This document shows, piece after piece, positions 1-15,387 of a DNA stretch of 64,000 nucleotides (position 1 is the stretch's first letter; each line of letters opens with the position of its first letter). The DNA lies in assembly GCA_012295275.1 (NCBI GenBank), contig CM022674.1, positions 1,116,001 to 1,180,000 on the forward strand. The letters run 5' to 3'. The notes beneath the pieces were generated by a model. The model ran no database searches. It was not told the origin of the DNA and was given only the letters and a program-made list of their open reading frames with translations. A program made the position numbers and the translations under genes. This stretch comes from Chrysomallon squamiferum (lineage: Eukaryota > Animalia > Mollusca).

Positions 1-53
1 AGACTCTGTTAAAAACTTGTACTAAAAAGTGTGTGAGTCACGAAGCGAGACAC

Positions 54-84
<31 letters not shown>

Positions 85-624
85 GTGGGAGGCACGGAGA
101 CGAAGGACAGACACAAAGATATAAACAGATTATGAAAGGGATTCATTGATCACTGAAGATTAAAAAAAAAAAAAAAAAAAAGAAATCAGAGATCAAGAAA
201 ACAACAGATAAAAAATAAAAATAAAAAATAATAATAATAAATAATATAAATAACAAAAATAGCAATACGTTGCAGTAACAATGGAACTATGTTGCATTTT
301 GCAAAACTAATCTAATCAGCAAAACACCTTTGATTATCTTTCACTGCGGATGCCTGCAATTTTCTTTCTCTTTCGTCCGAGGTTTTATTTTCTGACTAAT
401 TCCGCCTTCGCCAGACTCCGCAACATCTATTTACGTGTTCTAATGACAGCTTTCAATTGCAGCTTTATCTACTACGACGACACCGACGAAGACTCTTCAT
501 CCGGACGTCATCGCTGCAAAATTAATGCCTGTCACGACGTACTTGCTAGTTAGCATACAATGATCACTGAAATCAGATCTGATGGTGCACTCAGCAAAAC
601 TCTTTGTTAGGCTGGTTATCAAAG

Positions 625-656
<32 letters not shown>

Positions 657-1317
657 AGACATAGAGCTCGAGACATAATAAAAGTAATTTTGTCAGTCCG
701 TCCGTCTGTCTGTTGTGGGAATATCTGTGAAGTGAAATCAGTTGTTCTTAATTGTGTGTTTGTTACCAGTATTGAAAGAGAAAATTAACTGACGGTTGAT
801 GCGAAGCACAGAAGAGGTCGAAAGACACGACTGATGTTCCGAAGGTAAAAATAGTACTAAAAATGTAGTGTTTTGAACAAGAAACAAAAAAGAAGAATTA
901 AAACAGTAGTTGCAGTAAAGTAGTAGTAGTAAAAATAGTAGTAGTAGTAGTTTTGAATAAAAAAACAACAAAACAAACGTGAAGAATTAAAAGTAGTAGT
1001 AGTAGTAGTAGTAATTGTAGTAGTAGTAGTAGTAGTAATAGTAGTAGTAGAAGTAGTAGAAGTACTGTGGTAGTAGCAGCAGCATAGGAAGCAGAAGATG
1101 AGGAACAGTCGTAGTAGTAGTAGTAATGACAGTTGTAGTAGCTGTAACAGTAATGATAGTACAAATAGTAGTTGTAGTTGTTTGTGTAGCAATAAAACTA
1201 GAAATGCTGGTTGAAGACTAACAATTTGTCAAAATTCCTGTGGTAGCCGGTATGAAGATATCATAATTTTCGAATAATTAAAAGTATGCACATTTTATTG
1301 CAGATCATGTCAGTGAA

Positions 1318-1428
<111 letters not shown>

Positions 1429-2069
1429 TAGATATGAAATATAAATGGAGTTCATATTTAGACTTCTATCCTATTCTCAAATTATCTCCTCATAATTTAT
1501 CAAAATCGGAAATATTCAGAAATCAGTTCAGCTGTTTCTAATTTGTTTCCCAATATTCTCGATGATGAGACAATAAATAGCTTTCATTCTCAGTTCTAAA
1601 CAGACAAAACTCAAATCTAAACGAGATCGTATTTTTATAATTTCAAACACAGGAAGTCGACTCCGCTGAATTTAAGCCAACCATCATTAAAACATGTTCA
1701 CAGTCTCGTTTACAAAGATGCCTTTTGTCTGACAGGACTTCGGATTAATAATTGATATTTTTCATTTCTACGCCTGAAGGCCTTGTCATTAACAACTCCT
1801 TAGCGATATCAGTCGATTAGAAAATATTATCTTTTCAGTTCGATAGACTGATGGCTTCTGTAGACAAAAAAAAAAAATTTGGGTGGTAATAGATGGTGGT
1901 AAATGTATTAAGATGGTTATGTTTTTGGGATCGCATCCCCGGATTTTTCTTCTTGAAAGGCGTTTGCAGTGTTATATTGTGAATCCTCTCTGTTTCATAG
2001 CTAAGTGTCTGAAATGTAACATTGTCATTGTGAGGATATATCCGTTCGATTTCGTCTTTAGAATTACTA

Positions 2070-2265
2070 TACGTTGTCAAACTTACATAACTCGAACATC
2101 TGTTTTGTAGAAAACCTCGATATCTAGAGCCGAAAGTCTGGTTCCGTCTCAGCTCCTAGTAAGTTAGTAGTAATTAATTAATAATGACCTTCGAAAATCA
2201 AACGTCATTTACGGTCAAAAACAACTGATTTAATCGAAATTAGGCTTTGAAAATTCGAATTGCAG
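2070..2265. mobile_element. Decayed MITE-like relic
   Basis: Cluster of ATAACTCGAA / CCTCGATATC / TTCGAA subrepeats related to the 20.8-kb element. Confidence 0.3.
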
Positions 2266-2358
2266 CAATGGTAAAGCATTTTTCTCACGATATATACAGA
2301 ACAAGGGATTGCTGATGTTTAAACAGACAAAAAGACACAAACATGAATATATAGAGAA

Positions 2359-2392
2359 ATACATACATACATACATACATACATACATACAT

Positions 2393-2429
<37 letters not shown>

Positions 2430-2449
2430 TATATACATATATACATACT

Positions 2450-2503
<54 letters not shown>
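2359..2503 (+). repeat. (ACAT)n/(AC)n compound microsatellite
   Basis: Directly visible. Confidence 0.95.
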
Positions 2504-2506
<3 letters not shown>

Positions 2507-2823
2507 CAGACACGTGGTGAGATAAATTCGAAACCTTACTATGCAAAATAATATAATTTGATTTTAAACTGAAGCATTCGAAAATCTTTTAAAAAAAAAA
2601 AAAGAAAACTTTCCCACTGATCAAATTAGAATGTAAATTAAACTTTTTGTTCAAGAATATTTTAATTCTCTGGAAACCTTTAAACCTTTACTCAGTGCCA
2701 GTGCCATGAATATGTGGAGGTATTTCGATTAATGGAAATTTGATTAATGGAAAAACGTCTTTCAGTTCTGTATTCCAAACTCCAGACACTTTGATCATGC
2801 AGCTAAGGAAAATGATTCACTTG

Positions 2824-2857
<34 letters not shown>

Positions 2858-5194
2858 GTTTTCTTTCTGCTTATAAGCTTACAGAAAGTTCACTAAGGGC
2901 AGAAATCGGAAATTAATAATTAATTAAAAATATATTTTCTACTTTAATCCCTATTTACGCTTTTCCTCACTTTATTGATGTTATGGATTTTAAATTAAAC
3001 AGCGAACAAAAAAAAAATAATAATTTAACTGAAATCCATCAAAATCCATAACTTTAGGTTTTGCGCTCAGATACCGAAGTTCTCAGCACCGAAACTTTAG
3101 TTTAGTTAACAGCAGTCGTAATAAATTTACGATTGTTTTAAATTAGCGTAAGTTTTAAGAGTAGGTGAAGGTTACGATTATCTGATAGGTAAAGACGGAC
3201 ACACAGACAGAGAGCGGAAAGCAGAGTTTGTTAGAAAGGTGGATGGAGGAACAGAAGGACAGACAGATTTTACCATTACTCTTGGGGGGGTTGGGGGTTG
3301 GGGGATTGATTTTGGGGGGTTATTTTGTTTGGGTGGGGTCTTCTAATACCGTCAATGCAATCGATTGGTAATATAACAGTATATCACTACGTTACTATTG
3401 CTACTACTACTGCTAGCAGTAAAAGAAGTACTGCACTATTTCCAATAATTCATCTACAAAATATTACTATTATCTTTCCTAAAATTACCACCAAAACCGT
3501 TCACTAATATAATATTATAGTGTACCACTGCTACTACTACTGCTACTACAACTACAACAACAACACTTCTGACGATGGTATTATTACTGTATTACCTACA
3601 GCCCACTACTTATACAATATTGTTATTACTACTACTATTACCATCACTGTTATTAATACTACTATAGCTACTGTCGCTACTACCCGTAATTTGTATCATT
3701 GTATTAGAAACGACTAAATAAATAAATAAATAAATAAATAAAATAAATAAATGAAAATAAATAAACAAACAAACAAATAAAACAAAATACACAAACAAAA
3801 CAACAAACAAATAAATAAATAAATAAATAAATAAGACAGCATTTATTATAATAAAAGAAATATAAAATTTTGGAGAATAAACAGATTTCCAGAAGCAAAA
3901 TACAAAATACACCAGTGCACTGACAAACCCAACAAACACATCGCATTTATTTTCTAAAAATCCAATATTTCTCCATTACAGAACAAAAAAATTAAAAAAT
4001 TAAAATAAAAGCAAAAAAAAAAAATCAGAGAGAGAGAAAAAAAAATAAAGCTGTTGAAAATTAGCGAAAAATTAGAAATGACTGATTTCGATTTAAAAAA
4101 TTTCTGCATATCAGTTTTCAATTATTTTCTTTATATATCTATTACTGACAGTTTAAAATCTTGACTCTTGTCTCGGGGGAGCAAAATAACATCCTTCCTC
4201 CTTGTAATTTAACAACTAAGACGTCACTTAATTAGCGAGTGATGGACGATATCACAGATTTACTTCGTGGCTGGTAAATCCTTAAGAGAAGCCCCGGGGC
4301 AGATTTCGACATATTTACCTTGATTCAAAATAATTATGGCAGACATCCGCCATGTTTGTAATGGAGGTCAAATTAACGCGCGAGGCCCAAAAATAAATGT
4401 GGAAGAAAGTAACAAAGACATTTTCCGTAACTGTAGAAGTAATGGGAGGGGGTGAAAATGTTTTTAAAGTTCAGATTTGGATTTTGAAATATATTTCGTT
4501 TTAGAAAATGTGATTTAGACAGATAGATGGTCAGACAGATAGACAAGTAGCCAAATCGAAAGAAAAAGAGACACATACATACAAACATACATACATACAT
4601 ATAAACATACATACATACATACATCCATACATACATACATATATAGAGATATACAGACATACAGACATAGACATACAGATGGAAAGACACACAGAGAGAA
4701 AATAAACACATTCACATTCACATACGCACAATGGTAAAAAAACCCATTTACGTACCTACAAACCACTTTAGCGTAAAACACACATATATATATATATATG
4801 TGCACACATGTAAACTTTGTGATTAATAAATGAACGAGAAAGCTTACCATGGCGACACCAACACTTTGTCGTCGATGTTTTCGTGGAGTATTTTAAATGA
4901 TCAGCATAATGAAGAAGAAGAAGAAGAAGAAGAAGAAGAAGAAAAAATGATACTGATAAATCAACGAAACGGAAATTGAGGTTTCCCGCCAATAACAACT
5001 CTGGCATTGACTGGTGTCAGTGTAAATAAAGTAAAACAAACGTAACAATGATCTCAACTGATTCCCAGGAAGCGTTTAACTGCCAAATTACTAAAATGAC
5101 GTTGTCGTGGTTACTCTCATACATTTGTCATCATTGAAACGACGGAGGGGAAAATTAAGTGGAATCTAGAAACACATTTTTGCCGAGGCTAAAC

Positions 5195-6200
5195 CGTCGA
5201 AACCTAATGAACTGTATTACAGTTAGATTTTTGAAACTTAGTGAATTGTTCTACGTTTAGATTTTGAAACGTTTAACGTAGTGAATTGTTCTATGTTTAG
5301 ATTTTGAAACGTAATGAATTATACTATGTTTAGATTTTGAAGCGTAGTGAATTATACTATGTTTAGATTTTGAAACGTAATGAACTGTACTACATTTAGA
5401 TCGTTAAACGTAATTAACTGTACTACGTTTAGATTTTGAGACGTAATGAATCGTACCACATCTAAGTTTTGAAACATAACGAATAGTGAAATGTAGAGAA
5501 TGCTATGGTGTCTACGTTCTTAAACAATAAATATCATCTTACGTCTAGACTTTGTGAACTAATGAAAGCTTCTACATTTACACTTTGACTTGTAATTAAT
5601 CTGATTACGTTTACATTTTAAAACGTAATGAATTAATGCACGTTTACGCTTTAAAACATACTGAAATATGGTTCGTTCAGATTTTACAAAAGTACTGAAC
5701 GTTGTAAGCGTTACAATAGCATTATGTGCTGAATCTCTGAATTATTAGTACGTAGTTCTGTAATTTAATGAAACATTTTGGCTTAAAATGTACTAAATTT
5801 TTAACTAAGACAACGTAATGAATTCTAGTCACGTCAAAGAGACGAAAAATAATTGATTAACTACTATGAATTTTCGCTGTATCCAGACTTGATATTAGCA
5901 AAGTAATGACCTTTAGTCATAACCAAATGTACGAAGTATAATTAATTTAACCATGGACTTATGAATGGTAATGGATTCTTTGCGAAGTATAAAATCCATA
6001 GATAAGTAATAACGATTCTAACATAGGTCGTGTCTCGCTTACGCAATGTTTGCTATTTAAACTTTCTGTACAACGTTTAACCTACTGAAACGTAAATCAT
6101 GTAACGTTTCAAACACGCTGAATATTTTTAACAACGTATATCTCAGCCGTATTGAATGTTTAGCCTCCACGTACATTTGAAATTTTACTAAATTTGGAAG
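5195..6200 (+). repeat. Degenerate ~31-bp tandem array (AAACGTAATGAATTGTTCTACGTTTAGATTTTG-like)
   Basis: Clear units at 5200-5480, decaying progressively to about 6200. Confidence 0.75.
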
Positions 6201-6470
6201 GTAATCACTTAATATTCATCCGCATACAAACTTGTCAAAATTATTATTATTACTATTATTATTATCATCATCATCATCATCATCATCAATTTCATCATCA
6301 TTATCATAATCAAAAGTAACAATTATAATTACATAGGCATCATTAGCTACGTAGACAAAAAACAACAAACTAAAAAAATTAATAACGAAATTTTACACTT
6401 GCACAAACATAACTACATTTTGTCCAGATAAAAAGAAAAACGTATTAGATTTTTGGCTGTCAAGAGACCT

Positions 6471-7631
6471 AACAAACGTAATGAAATAACACACACGCGA
6501 GTACTAACAAACGTAATGAAATAACACACACGCGAGTACTAAAAAACGTAATGAAATAACACACACGCGAGTACTAACAAACGTAATGAAATAACACACA
6601 CGCGAGTACTATAAAACGTAATGAAATAACACACACGCGAGTACTAACAAACGTAATGAAATAACACACACGCGAGTACTAACAAACGTAATGAAATAAC
6701 ACACACGCGAGTACTAACAAACGTAATGAAATAACACACACGCGAGTACTAACAAACGTAATGAAATAACACACACGCGAGTACTAACAAACGTAATGAA
6801 ATAACACACACGAGTACTAACAAACGTAATGAAATAACACACACGCGAGTACTAACACGTAATGAAATAACACACACGCGATTACTAACACACGTAATGA
6901 AATAACACGCGAACTAACACGTAATGAAATAACACACACGCGAGTACTAACAAACGTAATGAAATAACACACACGCGAGTACTAACAAACGTAATGAAAT
7001 AACACACACGCGAGTACTAACAAACGTAGTGAAATAACACACACGCGAGTACTAACAAACGTGAAATATAAAACTACGTAATGAAATACACGCGAGTACT
7101 AACAAACGTAATGAAATAACACACACGCGAGTACTAACAAACGTAATGAAATAACACACGCGAGTACTAACAAACGTAATGAAATAACACACACGCGAGT
7201 ACTAACAAACGTAATGAAATAACACACAGGCGAGTACTAACAAACGTAATGAAATAACACACACATGATGGACTAACAAACGTAATGAAATAACGCACAC
7301 GCGAGTACTAACAAACGTAATGAAATAACACACGAGCGAGTACTAACAAACGTAATGAAATAACACACGAGCGAGTACTAACAAACGTAATGAAATAACA
7401 CACGAGCGAGTACTAACAAACGTAATGAAATAACACACGAGCGAGTACTAACAAACGTAATGAAATAACACACGCGCGAGTACTAACAAACGTAATGAAA
7501 TAACACACAGGCGAGTACTATAAAACGTAATGAAATAACACACAGGCGAGTACTAACAAACGTAATGAAATAACACACGAGCGAGTACTAACAAACGTAA
7601 TGAAATAACACACATGATGAACTAACAAACG
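6471..7631 (+). repeat. 35-bp minisatellite (AACAAACGTAATGAAATAACACACACGCGAGTACT)n, ~33 copies
   Basis: Near-identical head-to-tail units with no spacers. Confidence 0.97.
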
Positions 7632-7789
7632 CATTATCAATCGGCTTCAGGCAGATGTCAAAACTGCAATGATTTTATAGCACGAAGTTTTGAAACGTAA
7701 CGACATTTTGACAGCTCTCTGTAAACAAACGTGATGAACTGTTTTATCACAGTGTCAACTGCCCTAAGTCACCAGTACCGTGTCAACAA

Positions 7790-7876
7790 CACTGCTGTTG
7801 CTGCTGCTATTACTACTACAACAACAACTACAACTACAACTACAACTACAACTACTACTACTACTACTACTACTAC

Positions 7877-7910
<34 letters not shown>

Positions 7911-8850
7911 TCTTAAAATATTATTACTGCTAGCACCACTATTGTTACTGCTACTAATTCTATTTACTACTACTACAACTACTACTACTACTAATAATAA
8001 TAACAATCATTCTAAAACTACAAATACTGCTACTACCACATTGTTATTGCTACTACTAAGTCTTTTTACTACTACAACTATTTATAATTAACCACCATTA
8101 CTGTTACTACTTCTGCTACTGCTACTACCACCGTTATCACTGATGCTGTTACTACTACTACTACTACTACTCTCTCTACTACTACAGCTGATACTATAAC
8201 TATCGACAATACTATTACCACTGCTGTTACAACTAGCACTACTACTAATTCTACAAACTGCCGTCACGACGACTACTTCTGCTGCTACTGCTGCAACTAT
8301 TACCTTCATCGACTGTTTCTACACCTACTCTAATTACTACGACAGTACTACTGCAACTACTACTACTACATTCTTTACAGCTGCTGCTGTTGTAAGATCT
8401 TATATTGAAATAACTAATGTAACCTTTTACTGCTTCAACTCCATCATCATTACTACATTCTACAACTACTACAGCAATTACTACACCTATTTCTGCTACT
8501 GTAATGATTACACTTGTTACTTCAACATCTCCTACTACATCGGTCCAGTAGCATTAATTACGGGGGCTGATTATAAACACGATCGGTTTATAAACACTGG
8601 GATTCTGTAGATGTGAAAGTAGTAGTAGAAGTAGTGGTAGTAGTAGCAGTAGCAGTAGTAGTAGTAGTAGTAGTAGCAGTAGTAGTCATAGCAGCAGTAA
8701 CAGCAGCAGTTTAATAATAATAATTGTGTTTGTGGTAATAGAGTACTAGTAGCAATAATAGTAGCAGTAATAGTTAAAGTTGTTGTTTGGCACTGTTACT
8801 GCTACTACTACTACTACTACTACTACAACTACTCCTACTACCACCACCAC
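7790..8850. repeat. Compound trinucleotide low-complexity tract (ACT/ACA/AAT, then AGT, then ACT)
   Basis: Directly visible; it generates the poly-T/L/S/N ORFs. Confidence 0.9.
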
Positions 8851-9285
8851 ATCAACAAACAGGACCAGTAATTACGGGGACGGGTTTACAAACGGTAAGT
8901 ATATAAACATGGGTTAATTCTGAGGTCTTACTTCGCTAGAGCCAAAGAGAGCCCAAGACATTTACGATGTGTTTATCTAAGCCTTGTTCCGCTTACGCCT
9001 GAAAAAATAACCGCCTCTAGCATTTCACATGCAAACGAGTATCAAAGCAGAAAAGACTGGACCAGGCCGCCGAAGTGCCAGACTTTCAGTATTTATATAT
9101 GATCAATATTCAGTGTCCCAGACTCGATTAGTCAGTCACATCAGAACATAAGAGACGCTTCCAATCCCATTATTATTTTTCATGTCACAGTCGCGTCATG
9201 GGAGATGTCTAAAGTTTCATTTGTAGGTTATTTATGAAGATGTCGAGCGAGCGTGTCAGATAATGGATTGTTCTGTTACGTTTGA

Positions 9286-9356
<71 letters not shown>

Positions 9357-9718
9357 GTCTCTTATTTTTAACTGAATTTTTCCTATCTTTCGTTCTTTCT
9401 GTATTGTGTATACACGTATTTGTGTTTGGTTTGTGTTTGTGCACGTACAAGTAATTCAGTTTCCTTTAGTTCTTTTTGTGATAACTCTACATTTCTTTTC
9501 TCTCTGACTGTCAGTTCTGTATTAATTTTCTTTTGGTTGAATTAGTTGCTCCAAAACATACTTCGTTTGAATAAAATCTGTTCTTAAAACAACCTATTTT
9601 ACTGAAATATTCCTGGATTCAAAAAAACCCAAAAAGCAATGTTTACCGTTTAACCAAAACTTTTAAAAATTCGAACAAAAAAATAAAAAGATGATATCTT
9701 GTTGATTTAATAATAATA

Positions 9719-9780
<62 letters not shown>

Positions 9781-10755
9781 TAATAATAATAAAAATAATA
9801 ATAATAATTTATCATTTTTTTAGCATTTTTCTGTCTTTTTTTGTGTATGTATGTGTGTGTGTGTGTATGTGTCTCTGTGTGTGTGTGTGTTCTTCTCTCT
9901 GTTTTTAGGGCTATTTTAAACATCTTATACAAAAGCCATTTCGAGATAATTCTATCTGAATCATCAGTGAGTGGTCGGGGCAGAAATAATGCAATGACAG
10001 CGATCTGAAACACCAGCAGTTAATTACATCACTCCTTAGTTTGGTCTCGTCTGAAAGATCAGCGAACGAAACGTTACAGATGCTCTTTAACTCGATTCTA
10101 AATTCTTCGTTTTCTTCTCTTGTTGCAGAACGATGCAATCAGAGAAACGGAGGTAAATCGGGTTCGTTGTTTTTTTTTTTTTTATTATTTTATTATTCAA
10201 TCAAATACGCCCTGTGTTTTATTATTCTCACGAAATTAGCTGAGTGAGGTTGTGTGTGTTTTTCGTGATGTGGTCGTTTAACAGTGCAATTGAAGAGTTC
10301 TTTTTTCGAAACGCTGAGAAAAATGACATTTGCTTGTTGTTTTTTCTTTCTTGAACTAGAAATGTTCACAATCTACTTTTCTTTTTCTTCTGAAAATAGA
10401 CTTAGTAGGATCAGTAAGAAGCTGTGAAGGAATAAAATTTAAATATTCCATCAACAGTGTTGATTGTGTAAACATCTATATATCAATTTCTATTTTTGCC
10501 AAATTGCTACAAACGCCAAACCTGACCTTTTTAACAAAATTGCTACGGATCACCTGTATTAATATTAACAATCCATACTAGAACATGTTAGAAACAACAA
10601 GAATAAAAAAAATTAAAAAAAATCAAAAAACAATCAGGTGTGGCCATCCCTAAAGTACGACCATTCTTGTTAGTGTCCAACCACGTAAGTAGACCATCCA
10701 TTCTACATACACACCTTAAAATGATAACTGTTTATGTGTCTATTCTCACACAAAA

Positions 10756-10790
<35 letters not shown>

Positions 10791-11353
10791 GACAGGATAT
10801 TCGGCTGTCGGGTGTCAATTTAGCTACTTGCAATGCTGAGAGTAAGTTCCATGCCACAGGTGCTACCAAATCGCAGCAGGTATGGCGTAGTTTCTCGTAC
10901 TGTTCTCTGTTAGGACTATCTTTGTTTAATCTACGCTTCCCGCAAGACGGGAAACCATCTCCTGCCCGTCAGAGTCGACTGAAGAAATCGTTTTGTTCAA
11001 GAAAACCGAAGTTTGAAAGTTAAAAAACATGCGCGAAATTCCTATGAAGTGTGAGTCGCCATCATTGATATCTGCGAGGCGCTGGTTGGTCGAGACGAAA
11101 TAACGCGTGGTTATCGCGCTATGGAAAGAGATTTTGAATGGTAGTGTATATATATATATATATATATACACATGATTATGAAAAGAAAAAAAGAAAAAGT
11201 TAAAAAAGAAACTAAGACTGAATGTTCTAGAGTGATATAAAGATTTGATATTTGGATTGTTAACGTCTTTTAGTGGAGAGAGAAGCGGGGAATTTGGCGC
11301 TTATTACGTTTTGGAGCAGAGCTCTCCAAACATAAAGCAACAGAATAAATTAA

Positions 11354-11434
<81 letters not shown>

Positions 11435-11538
11435 TTCTTCTTCTTTTAAAAATAAATAACTAAATATCATTATTTTTTATTATTATTATTACTACTACTC
11501 CTACTATTACTGATACTACTACTACTACTACCATTAAT

Positions 11539-11621
<83 letters not shown>

Positions 11622-12156
11622 CAACTTCTAGTTTGAATGTGTCTAAACCAAAGCTAGAGTCTGGACAGATTAAACATCATTTACGTTACCCCGGGAACAA
11701 TTTTCACATCTTCCAACAATAGTGTGTGATTCGTTTATCTACGAGTTCCGCTACAAATCTGCACCAATCCAATTAATTATGTTGTTACCGCAATTATATA
11801 CTTCTGTACTTCATTTCACCACGATCCCCCACCCTCGGGCACACTTATAATCCACGGCGTAAACCCACCACCCCCAAGCCACTGTACAAAGACGTCTGAA
11901 GATCTGGTTTGACGTTGTAACGTATCTGTCTGTTCTGTCGTTTTACAGATAACCGTGGCTGCCATAACATGTTGATGAAACGTAGTAACGAATAAATGTT
12001 ACGCGGATATTTGTAACAGTCAATACCAGACGTATGAATACGACTTTATATATATATATATTAATGATAATTATGAAAGAATAAAACGATCTGCCGCAAC
12101 TCCGGTATCCAGAACTATAGATTTATTAACAAATGATATTTTATATACATATACAG

Positions 12157-12200
<44 letters not shown>

Positions 12201-12508
12201 AGCATGACATAACATGCACATATTTCTACGGTCAAGCAAGTACATGTCATAATATTTTGATAAATTAGCCGTAACGCAAAAACAGGGGAAGTAAACTGCC
12301 TTTGATCGAACCGAGAAGAATCGATCCAATAACCAATGGCGCATATTCGCTGTGACCCATGACATTTATTAATTCATCTGTGAGTCCTTTTTTTAATTTT
12401 TATTATTTTTCAATAAGCGCTAAGACCTAACTCTTTGATAACAAAATTCTCCTACACATAAACCGAAACGCCTCTTCAAAAACTGTAAAAACAGCCAAAT
12501 GTAATTTA

Positions 12509-12561
<53 letters not shown>

Positions 12562-12898
12562 TCTCGAATCCATGTTAATAACGGTAAATATGCGCCGGGT
12601 CAGTCACCTTGGTAACATGACGTCACTTTCTTACAATCACAAATAAACGTTAGTGTCAAAACTTGTTTTATGAAATTTACAAACACCTGGGCCTAATTAG
12701 CGTTAATACAGTAGTGTGCTAATGATGAAGATCACAATGACGATGACGTTGATGATGATGATGAAGTTGATGATGATAAGAAGAAGAAGAAAAAGAAGAC
12801 AAAAGCAACAATAACTACAACGATAACAATAATAATAATAATTATTATTATTATCATTATTATTGTTTTTGTGGTTGTTGTTGTTGTTATTATTAGTG

Positions 12899-12929
<31 letters not shown>

Positions 12930-14042
12930 GATTATTATTATTATTATTATTACAACGACAGCGACGATGACAACAAGAACAACGACGTAGACAGTCATAA
13001 ATGCACCTAATCACTGGCAGGACCTATACGTGATGCTAACTAAATTGTTTTCTGGTTATTAAGGAAAACTGTGATGATTTCTTATCCTGCAGTTGCGTGT
13101 TCGCACTCTGAACGCTGTGTCGTAACCGTAGTTGACATTTTCTGTCTCACGTTGCGGTAAGCGTCAAAGTAGGCGTTCGCGTGACTGTCGTCGTTACGTG
13201 ACCACAATCAGAGCTGTTGTTTTTCTAAGTTGCACTAATATCCATCTTATAGTCATTATCTTTCTTTTTTTCTTTCTTTTTTTTTTTTTTTTTTTTTTTT
13301 ATTATTGGGGGCTTTATAATGAAATTCATTTTATCTTGAAAGTTATGTCAATGAAATTAGCTGTACTTCAGTTACTTCAGTTTATTTTAAGCGACGTATT
13401 TTTTGGATAAAGCCGATATTTCTCTGACTAAGATGAAGAAGATGAAGAAGAAGAACAACAACAACAACAACAACAACAAGAAATGAAGAAAAAAAAAACG
13501 AAGAGGAAGAAAAAGAAGAAGAAGAAAAAGAAACTGTGATAATAATGATGATGTTTTTATCGTTATTATCATCATAATACTTTGACCAAACGAAAACATT
13601 TACAAACATTAAAATCGATAATATCGCTATAATTGTGATAAATCATTTTCAATATTATTTATTATCTTTAAATAAATAAATAAATAAATCATATTTATCA
13701 TTATTAGACTCTGAAAAAAAGTAGTAATAGTAGTAACTGTGATATCTTTAAAAGTAGTAGCGGCAGTAGTAGTAGTAGTAATTGTGTCGCTAATAGTAGA
13801 AATAGTTGTAGTAGTAGCAGTTGTTGTCGTGGTCGTCGTACTGTCATCAGGAGTAGGAGTTTTATCGACGTTCTTCAGTGTTAAATGCAGTTCGTGCTCG
13901 TGTATACGAATCTGATATCAGAGTTTTTGATAAACTCGTTCTGGATTCTCAGTTGAGAAAAAAAATTAATGACCTTTTGTGGCTTCTTTATTAGCATTTT
14001 AGCTTTTTCATTCGTCTTCTTCCTATTATTATTATTATTATT

Positions 14043-14102
<60 letters not shown>

Positions 14103-15339
14103 AATGTTGATAATGGTGGTGGTGGTGCTGACGTGTTGTTGTTTTTTTGTGTGTGGTTTTTTTACCCCTATTTATTTAGATTCTTAATTGATATTATTTA
14201 TTTATTTGTTTGTTTAATTTCTTAACTAGAGTAATTTACAGCAAAAAAAAAAAAATACTCCTTTGAGAAACATTTAAAAAGAGACATTAAGAAGATAAAA
14301 CAACCAAATAAATATATTCTGAAATAATAAGTTTCAAAACAAATACTATTTTTTTTTTTTTTTTTTTTTTTTTACAACATACCTGTACAGTATTCTGCAG
14401 AACTAAAATTCCAACCAGAATTGCCAGCGAAGTCTTCATCTTTGTTTTCGTCTAGTTTTCGAACTGTAACGTCTTCTTTTCGTCTGTCAGAGGAAGAAGA
14501 AGAGAAAAAAAATAGGTAAATAATTTGTCGTCTGCTTCAAGAATGTGAACCGGCGAGTCCCGCTAAAAACAGCAAAGCACCGACAGCAACTAGGAATTTA
14601 TACCAAGCCTTAATGTTAGAGAATTAAGTGAAAGTGCCGCCAACACCTACCATGCAAAGTCGTTACAGATTGGACCAACAGCCAAAGCTTAACGACCAAT
14701 CATATTCGCTGAACGAAACCGCGATGGGCTTCCTTAGCGCGTGGATAAATAGTTACAAAAGAACCAATGATTCCGTCCTTGGTCTTCGAAAACATCGGGG
14801 ATGGGCAAAGAAAAGATTTTTCGAGCGTGGTTGAATCTATTCACTATGCACAGTTTCTGATGGGCGGTCTCCGGAGAATTTCGCGCGCCAGAGACACTGT
14901 TTCAGAAATGAGAATAATATCGATGTAAAAAGGCGCGAAACGGCACGTGTAGCAGCGATGACGCTAGATTAAACAATGACGCCTGATATCGCAGCAGGCA
15001 GATCACACTTTCGCGCGCTTTAATTAATCTGCTTTGTAAAGGTCACCCAGTGTGGGCTTCAGATTTGTCGCTGTTAACTAACGAAACTGTATGTATTCTG
15101 TATTTGTTTAAATATCGAGATTTTTTTTTTTTTCCTGTGTTTTCGAGCAGATGTTTAGTGTTAAAATGGTTTATTAAAATGGTGCTGTTGTCGTTGTTAA
15201 AACAAAAATATTCTCTGTTTATATACTTTAAAAATTTCGATTTCGCAAATCACATACGAAAACAAAAATAAAGAAAACTATCGTCTGTTAAGGGGAAGTA
15301 ATTGTTTACTACAACTAATACTAAAATTACTCTTTGGCC

Positions 15340-15387
<48 letters not shown>

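Noticed and set aside
6471-7631. CRISPR-like appearance of the 35-bp repeat
   Set aside because: Units are contiguous with no unique spacers, there are no cas genes, and the context is eukaryotic.
14628-14834. 68-aa non-repetitive ORF (likewise 350-553 and 10640-11023)
   Set aside because: No recognisable domain and no convincing splice-site pair; a non-coding island is more likely.
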